In this document: positions 25,723 through 35,307 of the stretch, one piece after another
How positions within the stretch are numbered: the stretch's first letter is position 1
Layout: every line of letters starts with the position of its first letter
Virus record (IMG/VR): IMGVR_UViG_3300036781_000236
Span: 1-64,000 of that record
Source of the DNA: a virus
Length of the DNA: 64,000 nucleotides
Direction: 5' to 3' (one strand)
The notes under the pieces: model-generated
The model's database searches: none
The model's input: the letters and a program-made list of their open reading frames with translations, nothing else
Told to the model about the DNA's origin: nothing
Position numbers and translations under genes: made by a program

Positions 25723-25805
25723 GCGCGAGTGGTGGAACGGCATACACGATGCGCTCAAAACGCATTGCCCTTCGGGGCTTGAGGGTTCGAATCCCTCCTC
25801 GCGCA
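25723..25805 (+). tRNA. tRNA-Leu(CAA)
   Basis: ATGCG-CTCAAAA-CGCAT; variable arm; GGTTCGAAT T-loop. Confidence 0.93.
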
Positions 25806-25890
25806 CTTAGGTAGAATGGGGCCAGCGGGCGCGAACCCGCCGACCCCGATACGGGGCCACATCACAACCACGACGAAGGAGTAGCCCCGA

Positions 25891-26427
25891 ATGCAGAACA
25901 CTACCGGAGGACTCTGCGAGTGCGGGTGTGGACAGCCAGCTCCTCTTGCTAAGCGGACAGATAGGCGTCAGGGGACTGTCAAAGGAGAGCCACAACGCTA
26001 CATACGTGGTCACAGTATGAAGTCTGGACCCGACGATGTACCTCGTGAGTGTGCTTGTGGGTGTGGAAAACTTACTACCCTGAGAAACGGTCATGCCAAG
26101 AAGTTCGTTCACGGGCATAACTCAGAAGTACGAAATATTACAGAGGCAGACTACACCGTAACCGAAACTGGATTCGGTACACCTTGTTGGATTTGGAATC
26201 GAACCACTAGCGAGGGGCGCGGTAAAGTACAGATTGACAAGAAGAAGACATACCCATATCGTGTCTTGTACACAATGCTAGTCGGAGAAATACCGCAAGG
26301 CTATGTGCTACATCATCTATGTGAGAACCCGCTATGTGTCAACCCCGAACATCTCCAACCAATGACTCAATCAAAACATATTAAACTACATCGAATACCT
26401 GGGCATAACCGAAGATCAGATTCCTAA
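25891..26427 (+). CDS. HNH endonuclease with CxCGCG repeats
   Basis: CECGCG, CACGCG, PCWIW, LHHLCENPLCVNPEHL; RBS GAAGGAG; low GC. Confidence 0.9.
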   Translation: MQNTTGGLCECGCGQPAPLAKRTDRRQGTVKGEPQRYIRGHSMKSGPDDVPRECACGCGKLTTLRNGHAKKFVHGHNSEVRNITEADYTVTETGFGTPCWIWNRTTSEGRGKVQIDKKKTYPYRVLYTMLVGEIPQGYVLHHLCENPLCVNPEHLQPMTQSKHIKLHRIPGHNRRSDS

Positions 26428-27681
26428 ATCGTTCATTCCTAATAGTGATGCGCAACTAGCATCGCCGCTAGTATTACCGATTGGGCGACTATAACCCTGT
26501 ACGTCTGGACTCCAAACTGCGGCGCGCATCTTCGCGCGCGTTCGGTTGTACGCCGACAGGAACGCGTCAACTGCGACCAGACCAGTCCCAGTGTTGGAGA
26601 AGAAATCAGCGAGCAACTCTCTCTCCACCTCGATTCCTTGCCGGGTGACCTTGGTGACGCCAGCGGGGAGCACGCAGTCCTCACCGTCACCGCACGCGAG
26701 GTACAGCTGACACGCCATCTGCTTCGCGGCCTGCAACCCCAACGGTGGCGGCGGGACACCCCACAAGTAGTCCACCGAGAACGTGCCTGGCTGGTCATCG
26801 TTCAGATCGAGCGCCTGGCATGACGGCCAGAATCCTTGGATGTACGTGGAGTCCGGTGTCGCTCCAGGGAGGCTCATGCGGGTCAGGTACCGCCACTCAT
26901 CGAGCCGGTAGCAGTCGGGGTCAAGCACCTCACCGTTGATCGTCACCTTCAAGATTTGCCGTACGGGGTAGCCGGACAAGCGCACACGGCTAAGTCCGTT
27001 GCAGCCCATCTGCTGACCGTTCTCGTTCCACCATCCCCACCCTGCCCCGTAGCCGCCGCCCCACGCGTACCCGCCCGCGTAACCACCGGGCAGCCACAGC
27101 CACGGCCCTAGCCCGGACGCCCACGAGCACCCGCACGCCTGGTTCATCGGCCGGACGTGAGCGTGAGTCAACCCTGGGAACTGACGACCGGACATTTGGT
27201 ACAGCAGCATCCCCGCCTCCACGGCGACCATGTCCCACACCGCCGCGTTATCCGCGTACGTCGCGGAGCAGCACGCGGCTGCTTCCTGCCCCGTGATCCA
27301 GTTCACCGTTGGCCCCTCGACAGGCATCGGCGGAATGGTGCTGACGGGGCCATACGGGGTGTACACGTAGCCTTGCAACTGGAACTCGTACACCGTCACA
27401 CCGTTCACTTCGGTGACGTTCACGAACCCAGCGGACCCACCGAGATAGAGGGACGCCCAGTTCCCGTAGGCGGCGCTAACGGCCGTCTCGACCTGCGCCT
27501 GCGTAGATCCTTCCGCCAACAAACCCACCTTGTCGGTGCCCCACCCTGTCGTAGAACCACCCTCGAAGTACGCGCACACGATCCACCCGACGGTGCCCTC
27601 TGTCTGTTCGCTGAAATACTGCTCCCACGTCGGGGTGGCTAGACACGACTCGTACGGTGGGTAGGGAGGCAGGACGCTCAT
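26416..27681 (-). CDS. Head-to-tail adaptor with N-terminal extension
   Basis: LYQMSGRQF, WPSCQAL, GVPPP...CVLPAGVTKVTRQGI, TGLVAVDAFL...N. Confidence 0.8.
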   Translation of the reverse strand: MSVLPPYPPYESCLATPTWEQYFSEQTEGTVGWIVCAYFEGGSTTGWGTDKVGLLAEGSTQAQVETAVSAAYGNWASLYLGGSAGFVNVTEVNGVTVYEFQLQGYVYTPYGPVSTIPPMPVEGPTVNWITGQEAAACCSATYADNAAVWDMVAVEAGMLLYQMSGRQFPGLTHAHVRPMNQACGCSWASGLGPWLWLPGGYAGGYAWGGGYGAGWGWWNENGQQMGCNGLSRVRLSGYPVRQILKVTINGEVLDPDCYRLDEWRYLTRMSLPGATPDSTYIQGFWPSCQALDLNDDQPGTFSVDYLWGVPPPPLGLQAAKQMACQLYLACGDGEDCVLPAGVTKVTRQGIEVERELLADFFSNTGTGLVAVDAFLSAYNRTRAKMRAAVWSPDVQGYSRPIGNTSGDASCASLLGMNDLGI

Positions 27682-27737
27682 AGGGTCACATGGTACGGGC
27701 GGGGCCAGCCAACGCTAGCCCCGCCCACACGACCTTC

Positions 27738-28394
27738 TTAGGTCGTTGCCTGCGTCTGCCAACCGCACTCGGCGGTCGGGATGGTGGTGTCGTAGAACCA
27801 CCCTCCGGTCGCAGCGATGGCCTGCGGCTGATCACCGAAGATCCCCTCACCCCAGTTCGGGTTCGACCGCGTCCACGCCGTCAGCTTCGGCTGGTTGAAG
27901 TCCATCTGCAACGAGAAGTCGCTCATCTGCCAGTACGACGACGGCCAGATGTACCGGGTGTACGGGAAGTCCGTCACCTGATGGTCGTCCTGCCAGTTGT
28001 CCTGCCACGCCTCGATAGCGACGTTCGGCTGCGTCGGGGCGGCACAGTCAAGCTGGTTCGGCCAGTTCATGCCGATGGCGGCACCGTCCTGCATGATCGA
28101 CGTTCCGCCCGTCAGGATCTCTTCCAGGCCCGGCTCCACCAGACCCTGGTCAAGCTCAAGCGTGAAATACTTGAGCTTGTCGTACCCGTGGTAGAACGCG
28201 ATGATGCAGTCACACCCGCCGATCAGCGGCTTGTCCACTCCGGCCTCGATAGCAGGCTTAGCGGAAAGCATGATCGAGTTGTCCGACACGTACACGTTGT
28301 TCGGTCCCGGAGAAGGGTTCCCGAGACTATCAAGGCGCGTGATACGAACCGCACAGATTTTGATCTGAGCAAAGCACTCAGCAGCAGCAGCCAT
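27738..28394 (-). CDS. Major tail protein
   Basis: AVRITRLDSLG...SNPNWGEG...PTAECG pattern; RBS AAGGAGG; followed by a hairpin at ~27697-27726. Confidence 0.75.
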   Translation of the reverse strand: MAAAAECFAQIKICAVRITRLDSLGNPSPGPNNVYVSDNSIMLSAKPAIEAGVDKPLIGGCDCIIAFYHGYDKLKYFTLELDQGLVEPGLEEILTGGTSIMQDGAAIGMNWPNQLDCAAPTQPNVAIEAWQDNWQDDHQVTDFPYTRYIWPSSYWQMSDFSLQMDFNQPKLTAWTRSNPNWGEGIFGDQPQAIAATGGWFYDTTIPTAECGWQTQATT

Positions 28395-28462
28395 TTCTAT
28401 TCCTCCTTCCGGGAGATGTATTGCGGGAAACCCCCCACTATTGTGGGAGGAAGTTTGTTAGG

Positions 28463-29428
28463 TCAGTCTGCCCCGTCGCATTTGATGTAACAACGGTCAA
28501 CCAGAACCGCAGCGTGAATAGCCAGGTCGTAACTCACGACGTAATAGCGCTCGGCCCGGTAGGTGATGCTGTTCGGGACATTGTTCGTTGCTCCCATGCC
28601 GCGGTCGAGTGCTTCGCTCACGTTGTCCGGCTGCGTGAACAACTCCGAACGCCGGATATTGATCGCGCCGGTCGCGTAAATCCACTCCTGCGTACCTGAC
28701 GGCGCGGGGTGGTTCGCGGGATGGGACTCCTCCTGGTTCGCCAATGCGTACCCGAAGTCCGGGATCACGATGTTCCCGTTCAACGTGCGGATGTACCCAG
28801 CGCGGTTGTCGATACGGAACTGCCCCATGATCGTCGCCGCCGCCGGGGTCATGTGGATCACACCGAGCTTCCCCGACATGGCCGCGATGTAGTTCTCCAG
28901 GGTCGCCACACCGTTCACGACGCTGGTAGGTGTGTTGCCGAGCGGGAACGCGGTGTTCACACCATCCGCCAAGTGCGGGTTCGCGGGGATACGTGCCCCA
29001 GTCATAAACTCGTATGCGACAGCGGCACCATCCACCGCCGACAGGGCGACGTTGGCGCGGGCCTTGAACAACTCCTGCCCCTGGTCCCCGGCCCACGACA
29101 CACGAGCCGACGTACACGTCTCGGCAAGCCACACCGTCATCGCGCCGAACGTCGGGTTCTCCAACGTTTCGCCGAAGCCCTTCGTCGTCGCGACGCTCCC
29201 TGGTGCGCACGGGTCATACACGTCCCCCAAATCGGGCGGGTACGGGTACACCGCGACACCGTTGATCCAACGCTCCACACCGTCCGCGTCCACATCCGGT
29301 GTCACCAAGGTCACACCAGGTTCGCTCGCCGTCATCGCGGCCTGCAACAACCCGAACTGCTGCGGAACCGGAGCAGGTCCGTCAACGCGCCAGAGGGGGC
29401 CGAAACCGACGGTCTGGGTGCTGCTCAC
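28463..29428 (-). CDS. Second capsid-type protein (pentamer/minor capsid-like)
   Basis: Follows MCP; FGLLQAA...RWINGV, GVIHMTP, RTLNGN, WIYATG, AERYY pattern seen in capsid-adjacent proteins of actinophages. Confidence 0.65.
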   Translation of the reverse strand: MSSTQTVGFGPLWRVDGPAPVPQQFGLLQAAMTASEPGVTLVTPDVDADGVERWINGVAVYPYPPDLGDVYDPCAPGSVATTKGFGETLENPTFGAMTVWLAETCTSARVSWAGDQGQELFKARANVALSAVDGAAVAYEFMTGARIPANPHLADGVNTAFPLGNTPTSVVNGVATLENYIAAMSGKLGVIHMTPAAATIMGQFRIDNRAGYIRTLNGNIVIPDFGYALANQEESHPANHPAPSGTQEWIYATGAINIRRSELFTQPDNVSEALDRGMGATNNVPNSITYRAERYYVVSYDLAIHAAVLVDRCYIKCDGAD

Positions 29429-29613
29429 GTGGTCACCCCCGGAAGGGGTGTTGCGGCAGCCGCCCCGAACCATCCGGCCGCCGCAACCCTGAATCCAACA
29501 AAGGATGCTTTCTCAAACAGAAAGAAACAGAAGCGGTGTGTGTTATAGTTGGGCCGTAGCGTTGACGCGCTACGGCCCATGCAGGCCAGTCCACCATCGA
29601 GAGGAACGAACCT

Positions 29614-30309
29614 ATGAGTAACCCTACCGGAATCTGCAAGTGCGGATGCGGACAGAAGACGACCGTCTCGGAGTACACGTGGGCCAAGTACGGCTACGTG
29701 AAGGGAGAACCGCGCGACTACCTCAAGGGTCACAGCGGACGTGGCAAGCGCTTGAGCGACCCGTCGAAGGATCTTCCCGTGAACCACAACGGCCTGTGCC
29801 TCTGCGGCTGCGGGGAGAAAACACCTATCGCGACCTACACAAATCGTCCCCTCGGGATCTACGAAGGCATGCCCGTTCGTCACATACGAGGACACCAGAG
29901 CAAGCAAAGAAAGAACCTTGAACGCTACAAGGTCACGAACACGGGATTCGAGACTCCATGCTGGCTTTGGACTGGACCCATCGACGTTCAGGGATACGGA
30001 AAGCATGGAGGACGTTCCCAAGTTGCTCACAAGGCAGTTTACGAGAGCATCCGAGGAACCGTTCAGCGTGGTCTTTTCCTTCATCACAAATGCGAACAGA
30101 AGTCGTGTGTGAACCCAGACCACCTCGAACCACTTTCTCGCTCCGAACATATGAGAGAGCACGCCTTGATGCGTATTTCTGAGGACAAGATCGAAGCTAT
30201 ACGCCGTGACGTTTCCGGGGATATTCCCAGAGGAACCGCACGTCGAGTCGCTGAGAAACACGATGTCAGCTACGCACTTGTTTGGCGCATCTGGAAAGGT
30301 CAGAGGTAG
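29614..30309 (+). CDS. HNH endonuclease with CxCGCG repeats and C-terminal HTH
   Basis: CKCGCG, CLCGCG, PCWLW, LHHKCEQKSCVNPDHL; antisense insertion between capsid genes. Confidence 0.9.
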   Translation: MSNPTGICKCGCGQKTTVSEYTWAKYGYVKGEPRDYLKGHSGRGKRLSDPSKDLPVNHNGLCLCGCGEKTPIATYTNRPLGIYEGMPVRHIRGHQSKQRKNLERYKVTNTGFETPCWLWTGPIDVQGYGKHGGRSQVAHKAVYESIRGTVQRGLFLHHKCEQKSCVNPDHLEPLSRSEHMREHALMRISEDKIEAIRRDVSGDIPRGTARRVAEKHDVSYALVWRIWKGQR

Positions 30310-30322
30310 AGAATTTGGACGC

Positions 30323-30352
30323 GAGGGGAGTCCCAATGATGGGACTCCCCTC
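30323..30352. terminator. Hairpin between convergent HNH and MCP genes
   Basis: GAGGGGAGTCCCA-ATGA-TGGGACTCCCCTC. Confidence 0.75.
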
Positions 30353-30394
30353 TTCGACCCAAGATTCACGAACGCGGACAGCTTCGGTTCCTTA

Positions 30395-32326
30395 TCAGGA
30401 AGCAGTCGCGTAGGTGTATGGGCAATTGTGATCAGCATAGGGAGCTGCGACGCGTCCGCTGTCACAAGTGCTTGACACAATAGCGAGAGACTGAATCCCC
30501 ACGAAAGCAGAATTCTCAAAGCTCTCACCAAATAGCTGAAATACGTTGGTGCTGTTCAACACGGAGTCGCGGACGATTCCGAGTTCGAGGACTCCGCCGT
30601 CGAGGAACAGATGGCTGCCCTCGGGGAAGAGGTACATGACGACGTTGGACGGGAACGTGTTGAGGACGCCTGCGCCCTGGGTGGCGAACACCTGTCCGCG
30701 TCCTGCTGCGCTGTCGATGTAGTACGTCGGCTCGATGTTGAAGCTGCGGAACAGTGCGGTGACCTTCGCCTCCGTGGTGTCGAACCGCTCGAACTGGCTG
30801 CGGATAACGTCGGAGACGATCAGGTCGACTGCCCAGAACGGCAGCATGAGCCGGAGGATGGCGGTGGGGTCCATGCGGTTCGCGGACCGGACACCGTTCG
30901 CGGCTGCGAGCACCTGCGAGAAGATCGTCGCGGACGCCCCAAGCCCGAGCGAACCGGCGGTGACCTGGGTGCTGTTCGTGTCGATCTGGGTGAGGAGGTT
31001 CGCCTCAGCGAGCCGTGCGTGTGCCGCGAGCGTGGTTTCGGATGCCTGAGCGACCTGCTCCGGGAAGGAGCGGGCACCGAGGTTCCCGAACTGCAAGCAG
31101 TGGTAGATGATGTCCACGTCGGTCTGGACGACTGGAGGGCAGACGACGGTGAGGCACGACTTCTGCGCGGAGGAGCCACCGGCGGCGTCCTGCGCTTCCG
31201 TGATCAGGCCGACGGCGGACGAGAAGGCGCTGAGTCCGGCGGGCTGGACGAAGATGATGCCGCCGCGGTCAGCGTTGAACGACGGCAACGCTGCCTGGAC
31301 GGGCCGCATCGGCGTCGAGAGCATCTGGAGGTTGTAGTACGGCGTCACGGGGTTGCAGAGACCACCGGCTGCGACCAGCGACTGGTCGTAGGGGTTTTCG
31401 ATCTGTGCGCGCTTCAGCTTCTCGAACTGCGTCTTGATGCGCTTCGGGTCGGTGACGGACGCAACAAGCGCCATGTCATCCGTCAGACTCTCGCCCGTGA
31501 GGTGGCGATCCTCGGGATAGGTGTGCCGCCAGTCGGCGCGGGCAACGACATCGTTCTCGCGCATTCCTTCCGGGATGTGACCGTAGGAACGAAGGCGATC
31601 CTGCATGACCTTCGCGACCTCGGTCATCGAATCGAACGCCTCACCAAGAGGCTTGATGTTCGACACCGCTGCACCAGCGGTGAGCGTCACCTTCGCGGAG
31701 CGATGCTCGCGTGGGACGTTCCCGCCGACGGGACGCGGAAGCGGGACACGAACCTGGGCGGCAGCCGTGACAGTCTCGGCCTGCGTCTTGCCCTTCGCCT
31801 TCGCCTTACCGCGAACGTTCGGCATGACCTTCTCACCCGCGGGGATACCGTCGGTCTCGCCTTCGGTGTCCTCGTCGTCCTCAGTGTCCTTCATCGCGGC
31901 CTCCGCGGCGAGCGCGGCAAGTTCGGCGTCCACGTCGGCACCCTCAGCGCCCTCCGTGTCAGCGGTCTCGTCGGTCTCGACCTCGGTGGTGTCTTCCGCC
32001 TCGGCGGTGACACGCGACGCAAGCTCGGTGCGGATCGCGCCAAGCGACTCGACAGCGGCCTTCGCCTCGGCGAGCAGGTCGGCGGGGGTGTACTCGTCCG
32101 TGACGAACTCGGCGGCGTTGTCGCGTGCGGCCTGGACACCAGCGACGATGCTCGCCTCAAGTGCGGAAAGCTCGTCGGCGCTCAGCGCCGAAAGATCGGT
32201 GGGAACGTCCGGGAAAAGGTTGTCGTCGGCGTCGCTGCCGCCGCGCATGACAGGGATCACACGGCCGCGGTAGACGCGGGCGAGGCCCTGCTCGATCAGA
32301 TGCTGCTGGTGCGGGTTCATAGCCAT
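30395..32326 (-). CDS. Major capsid protein with N-terminal acidic scaffold-like region
   Basis: SLVAAGGLC, RGGI, C-x-VVC, LDGGVLELGIVRDSVLNSTN...F-E-FE; RBS AGGAGG. Confidence 0.9.
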   Translation of the reverse strand: MAMNPHQQHLIEQGLARVYRGRVIPVMRGGSDADDNLFPDVPTDLSALSADELSALEASIVAGVQAARDNAAEFVTDEYTPADLLAEAKAAVESLGAIRTELASRVTAEAEDTTEVETDETADTEGAEGADVDAELAALAAEAAMKDTEDDEDTEGETDGIPAGEKVMPNVRGKAKAKGKTQAETVTAAAQVRVPLPRPVGGNVPREHRSAKVTLTAGAAVSNIKPLGEAFDSMTEVAKVMQDRLRSYGHIPEGMRENDVVARADWRHTYPEDRHLTGESLTDDMALVASVTDPKRIKTQFEKLKRAQIENPYDQSLVAAGGLCNPVTPYYNLQMLSTPMRPVQAALPSFNADRGGIIFVQPAGLSAFSSAVGLITEAQDAAGGSSAQKSCLTVVCPPVVQTDVDIIYHCLQFGNLGARSFPEQVAQASETTLAAHARLAEANLLTQIDTNSTQVTAGSLGLGASATIFSQVLAAANGVRSANRMDPTAILRLMLPFWAVDLIVSDVIRSQFERFDTTEAKVTALFRSFNIEPTYYIDSAAGRGQVFATQGAGVLNTFPSNVVMYLFPEGSHLFLDGGVLELGIVRDSVLNSTNVFQLFGESFENSAFVGIQSLAIVSSTCDSGRVAAPYADHNCPYTYATAS

Positions 32327-32507
32327 TCCTCCTGGCGCAAAGTTGAAGTTCTCGGTTTGCGCTAGGCGGCTATGACGCCGAGCTACCCAGGAACGACTAT
32401 GGCGTTCGGGTGGGTACGCAGAATCTTACCGTGGTGCGTGGTGGCGTCCCTCAACCAGCGGTCGAGTGTTGTCACGCGGGCGTGACGGCATGTATCCTGC
32501 TATGCGA

Positions 32508-32867
32508 ATGTCGAGGAACATCGTTCATCCCGAGACGGCAGAGAGAAACCGCACGGTAGGTCTTCCTGGCGGTTACACCTTCAACTCCTACACGCCAGAC
32601 GACTACGAAGGCATCACGCTTTCGTTCGGATGCGTCAGGATCGGCGATCACGCGCACATCCTTGTTGAGTCAGGCCGCGTTCTAAGGATTGTCGCAGGTG
32701 ATAGCTGCCCGACCGCCAGAACTGGCGGCGCGGGAAAGCTTGTGTTGCGATGGCATGAATGGCTTGTGCTACGCGAGGTTTTGGACGCCGATCCTCGCAT
32801 CCGCATAGCTGAGATTGAGAAGCCAACCACCAAGATGGCGGCACGACACGCAGGAGGGAAGCAATGA
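32508..32867 (+). CDS. Hypothetical protein
   Basis: Follows palindrome/box element at 32472-32508; ATGA-coupled to the glycosyltransferase. Confidence 0.55.
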   Translation: MSRNIVHPETAERNRTVGLPGGYTFNSYTPDDYEGITLSFGCVRIGDHAHILVESGRVLRIVAGDSCPTARTGGAGKLVLRWHEWLVLREVLDADPRIRIAEIEKPTTKMAARHAGGKQ

Positions 32868-33562
32868 GCGCGTACATCGTGGCAGTTCTTACGCCTGTCC
32901 TCGCGCGCCCTCACCGCGTTGAGCCATTGATCGCTTCCCTGCGTGCCGCGGCCACGATCACTCCATGCCGCCTGGTGTTCATCGCGACAGAAGGAGACGA
33001 CGAGGAGATCGCAGCGATCCTGCCGCACACGGGCCAGCACGGCGATGTGTGGCTGCTCACCGTCTCGCCCGAGCAGGAAGGATGGGGCAGGAAGATCAAC
33101 TTCGGGATGCGGTTCACCACCGAGCCGTTCGTCTTCACCGGGGCCGACGACCTCGACTTCCACCCCGGCTGCTTCGAACGGATGCTCGCCGCGCACCTCG
33201 AAACCCGCGCGTGCGTGATCGGAACGAACGACGAAGCTAATCCGCGCGTCCAGTCGGGCCACCACTCCACCCACATGCTCGTGTGTCGCGAATACGGCGA
33301 GTGCGGCACCGTAGACGCCCCGGACTCGGGGAATATCATGTGCGAGGCGTACGACCACAGCTTCGTTGATGACGAGTTCGTCGCGACCGCACGCGCTCGG
33401 GGAACGTACGCTCACGCGAAGGACGCTGTGGTCGCGCACAGCCACCCGAACTGGGGGACGGCCCCTACGGACGGCACCTACCAGAAGGGGCAGCGGCGCT
33501 TCGCGGAAGACCAGCGGCTGTTCCAGTCCCGCCGGTACCTGTGGGAACAGCGGCTCGCGTGA
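32864..33562 (+). CDS. Glycosyltransferase (GT-A/GT2-like)
   Basis: AVLTPVLARP, FTGADDLDF, YDHSFVDDE, VVAHSHP. Confidence 0.8.
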   Translation: MSAYIVAVLTPVLARPHRVEPLIASLRAAATITPCRLVFIATEGDDEEIAAILPHTGQHGDVWLLTVSPEQEGWGRKINFGMRFTTEPFVFTGADDLDFHPGCFERMLAAHLETRACVIGTNDEANPRVQSGHHSTHMLVCREYGECGTVDAPDSGNIMCEAYDHSFVDDEFVATARARGTYAHAKDAVVAHSHPNWGTAPTDGTYQKGQRRFAEDQRLFQSRRYLWEQRLA

Positions 33563-33688
33563 CGCGCCCCCAAGCCATCATCGTCGTCGTCTGCTCCGTG
33601 TTGGCGTGCCTGCTGGGTTTGCTCGGTGCGTTCGCTAAAGCGATGGAAGCCACCGAAAGCGCGTCCGACTAGATCACATTTCCCACCC

Positions 33689-33717
33689 TTGACTTCGTAT
33701 AGCAGGGTCGGTACGCT
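33689..33717 (+). promoter_or_regulatory. Promoter cassette TTGACT-17-TACGCT with TTCGTATAGCAGG box
   Basis: CCCACCCTTGACTTCGTATAGCAGG identical to the copies at 8185-8209 and 42182-42206. Confidence 0.85.
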
Positions 33718-33757
33718 TTCCGGCGTCACGATCCAACCAATCTAGGAGGGTGAGCAA

Positions 33758-33907
33758 ATGAAGTCCACCACTACCGAGGATCTTTGCCGGGAGCGCACAT
33801 CGCTTCGGATGCAGCGCGACGCTTTCAGCGCAGGCCACGAGCCGGCTTCTGTCATGAACCGCCTGCGAGAGATCGAACGGGAGCTTGCTCGTCGCCGAAC
33901 TGCGTAG
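33758..33907 (+). CDS. Small hypothetical protein (49 aa)
   Basis: RBS AGGAGG; first gene after promoter cassette. Confidence 0.6.
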   Translation: MKSTTTEDLCRERTSLRMQRDAFSAGHEPASVMNRLREIERELARRRTA

Positions 33908-33977
33908 CTTTGCGGATCGTCGCCTACTGGGCGGCGGTTCGGAGCGCTACCGCTCCCGAAGCAGGAGGGTGAGATAC

Positions 33978-34148
33978 ATGAAAGACGCAGTGAAGGAAAT
34001 GACCGTGCCGACGAAAGCGCACAATCTGTGCTTGCTGCCGGTGTTCGAGAACGGCATCAAGGTCGCAAACTGCACCCATCCTCGCGGTACAGAGCATTTC
34101 CACGAGGTTTGGACGAAGAACACCGAGCCCGCTAAGGAGGCGTCGTGA
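33978..34148 (+). CDS. Small hypothetical protein
   Basis: RBS AGGAGG before MKDAVKE. Confidence 0.55.
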   Translation: MKDAVKEMTVPTKAHNLCLLPVFENGIKVANCTHPRGTEHFHEVWTKNTEPAKEAS

Positions 34149-34251
34149 GCCACGGGGCGTTGGTGTTCGTCGCCTGGGCCATGACCCACGGCATGAGGTG
34201 CTGGAGCGAAGTTCACTTGTACGGTGGGCCGTTGGTGGGGACGTGGCGGGA

Positions 34252-34443
34252 ATGGCTGTGCAAATGAGCGCGGACAAGCTCTCAGGATGGGTCGCTGTCG
34301 GCGGCACTCACCCGCTTCGTGGCTTGACGCTATACGGGCCATTCAATACAGCCGACGAAGCGTCGGAATGGGCTAATGAGGAGCTGGGCCAGGTCGGGGA
34401 TTGGTGGATCGAGGAGCTTTGGGCGGCGGAGGAGAAGTCATGA
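34252..34443 (+). CDS. Small hypothetical protein
   Basis: LYGPFNTADEASEWA motif typical of small phage proteins. Confidence 0.55.
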   Translation: MAVQMSADKLSGWVAVGGTHPLRGLTLYGPFNTADEASEWANEELGQVGDWWIEELWAAEEKS

Positions 34444-34556
34444 CTTCGGAGCCGAAGCTGGACGCTGCCGTTGAGGCTCACCGTGCGGTAGAGACGCTAA
34501 GGACTTAGCGGCGGGTGGATCGTGACTGAACCCTCCCTGGTACGCCGCTAACGAAC

Positions 34557-34578
34557 GAGGCCCCCGCAAGGGGGCCTC
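34557..34578. terminator. Terminator hairpin with GCAA loop
   Basis: GAGGCCCCC-GCAA-GGGGGCCTC between convergent units. Confidence 0.75.
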
Positions 34579-34581
34579 TGT

Positions 34582-35289
34582 TCATCCAGGCCCGAGCGTC
34601 CAATCCACATACAGGGCGCAGTCATCCATGGGGAAGCACACGGCGACACGGCCTGGGTCCACACCCAATCGGTGCTTCTTCCCGAGCAGCGACTGCACCA
34701 GGTCGGGATGCTGCACGAGGGACGGGACCGACCCGAGCGGTGTCTCGCCGTGGTCGCGGAGGAACCTGCCGATGATCTCATCATCGGCGACGAACGACTC
34801 GGGCCACAGCTGTTCGTCCACATAACGGAGCAGGGGGTGGATGAGCCGCACGGGCCAGCACGTAGCTACGGCGCTACACCAACGTGCGGTGGTGAGTTCC
34901 GCCCACGACACCCCTCGGGCGCACGCGCGCTCCATCGCCTGCTTATGCTCGTACGGGTTCCCGCTCACGTGGAACACGAGGACCCTGTCCGGCCTCGCCA
35001 CTATCGCAGCGACCAGGGCTTCCGTGAAGCCCTGACATAGCTCACCGTCGTCCTGCACGACCATGCGGTGCGTCGGTGCGCCTGCGTTCGTGAATCCGCA
35101 CCCGAACCCTGGTGTCGCCTCAAGCACGGCACGGTAGGTGCGCCACGGCGACCGGCGCGGATGATCGGGGGTCGGGTCGAACACCACGTCCGCGCCTGTA
35201 GCGGCGGCGAGTGCAGCGGCCATGTCAGCGCGTGCGGGCGACGCTTGTATCCCGATGCTAACCCTCAACCCAACGTTTAGGTCTATCAC
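34582..35289 (-). CDS. Glycosyltransferase-like protein
   Basis: HRMVVQDDG, ADDEIIG, PSLVQHPDLVQSLLG pattern of phage GT-A proteins. Confidence 0.65.
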   Translation of the reverse strand: MIDLNVGLRVSIGIQASPARADMAAALAAATGADVVFDPTPDHPRRSPWRTYRAVLEATPGFGCGFTNAGAPTHRMVVQDDGELCQGFTEALVAAIVARPDRVLVFHVSGNPYEHKQAMERACARGVSWAELTTARWCSAVATCWPVRLIHPLLRYVDEQLWPESFVADDEIIGRFLRDHGETPLGSVPSLVQHPDLVQSLLGKKHRLGVDPGRVAVCFPMDDCALYVDWTLGPG

Positions 35290-35307
35290 GCGCGCGTGAC
35301 GGGCCTG

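Noticed and set aside
29425-30531. 368-aa minus-strand ORF between the capsid genes
   Set aside because: Antisense to the clear HNH gene, overlaps the MCP end and a terminator hairpin; no recognisable motifs
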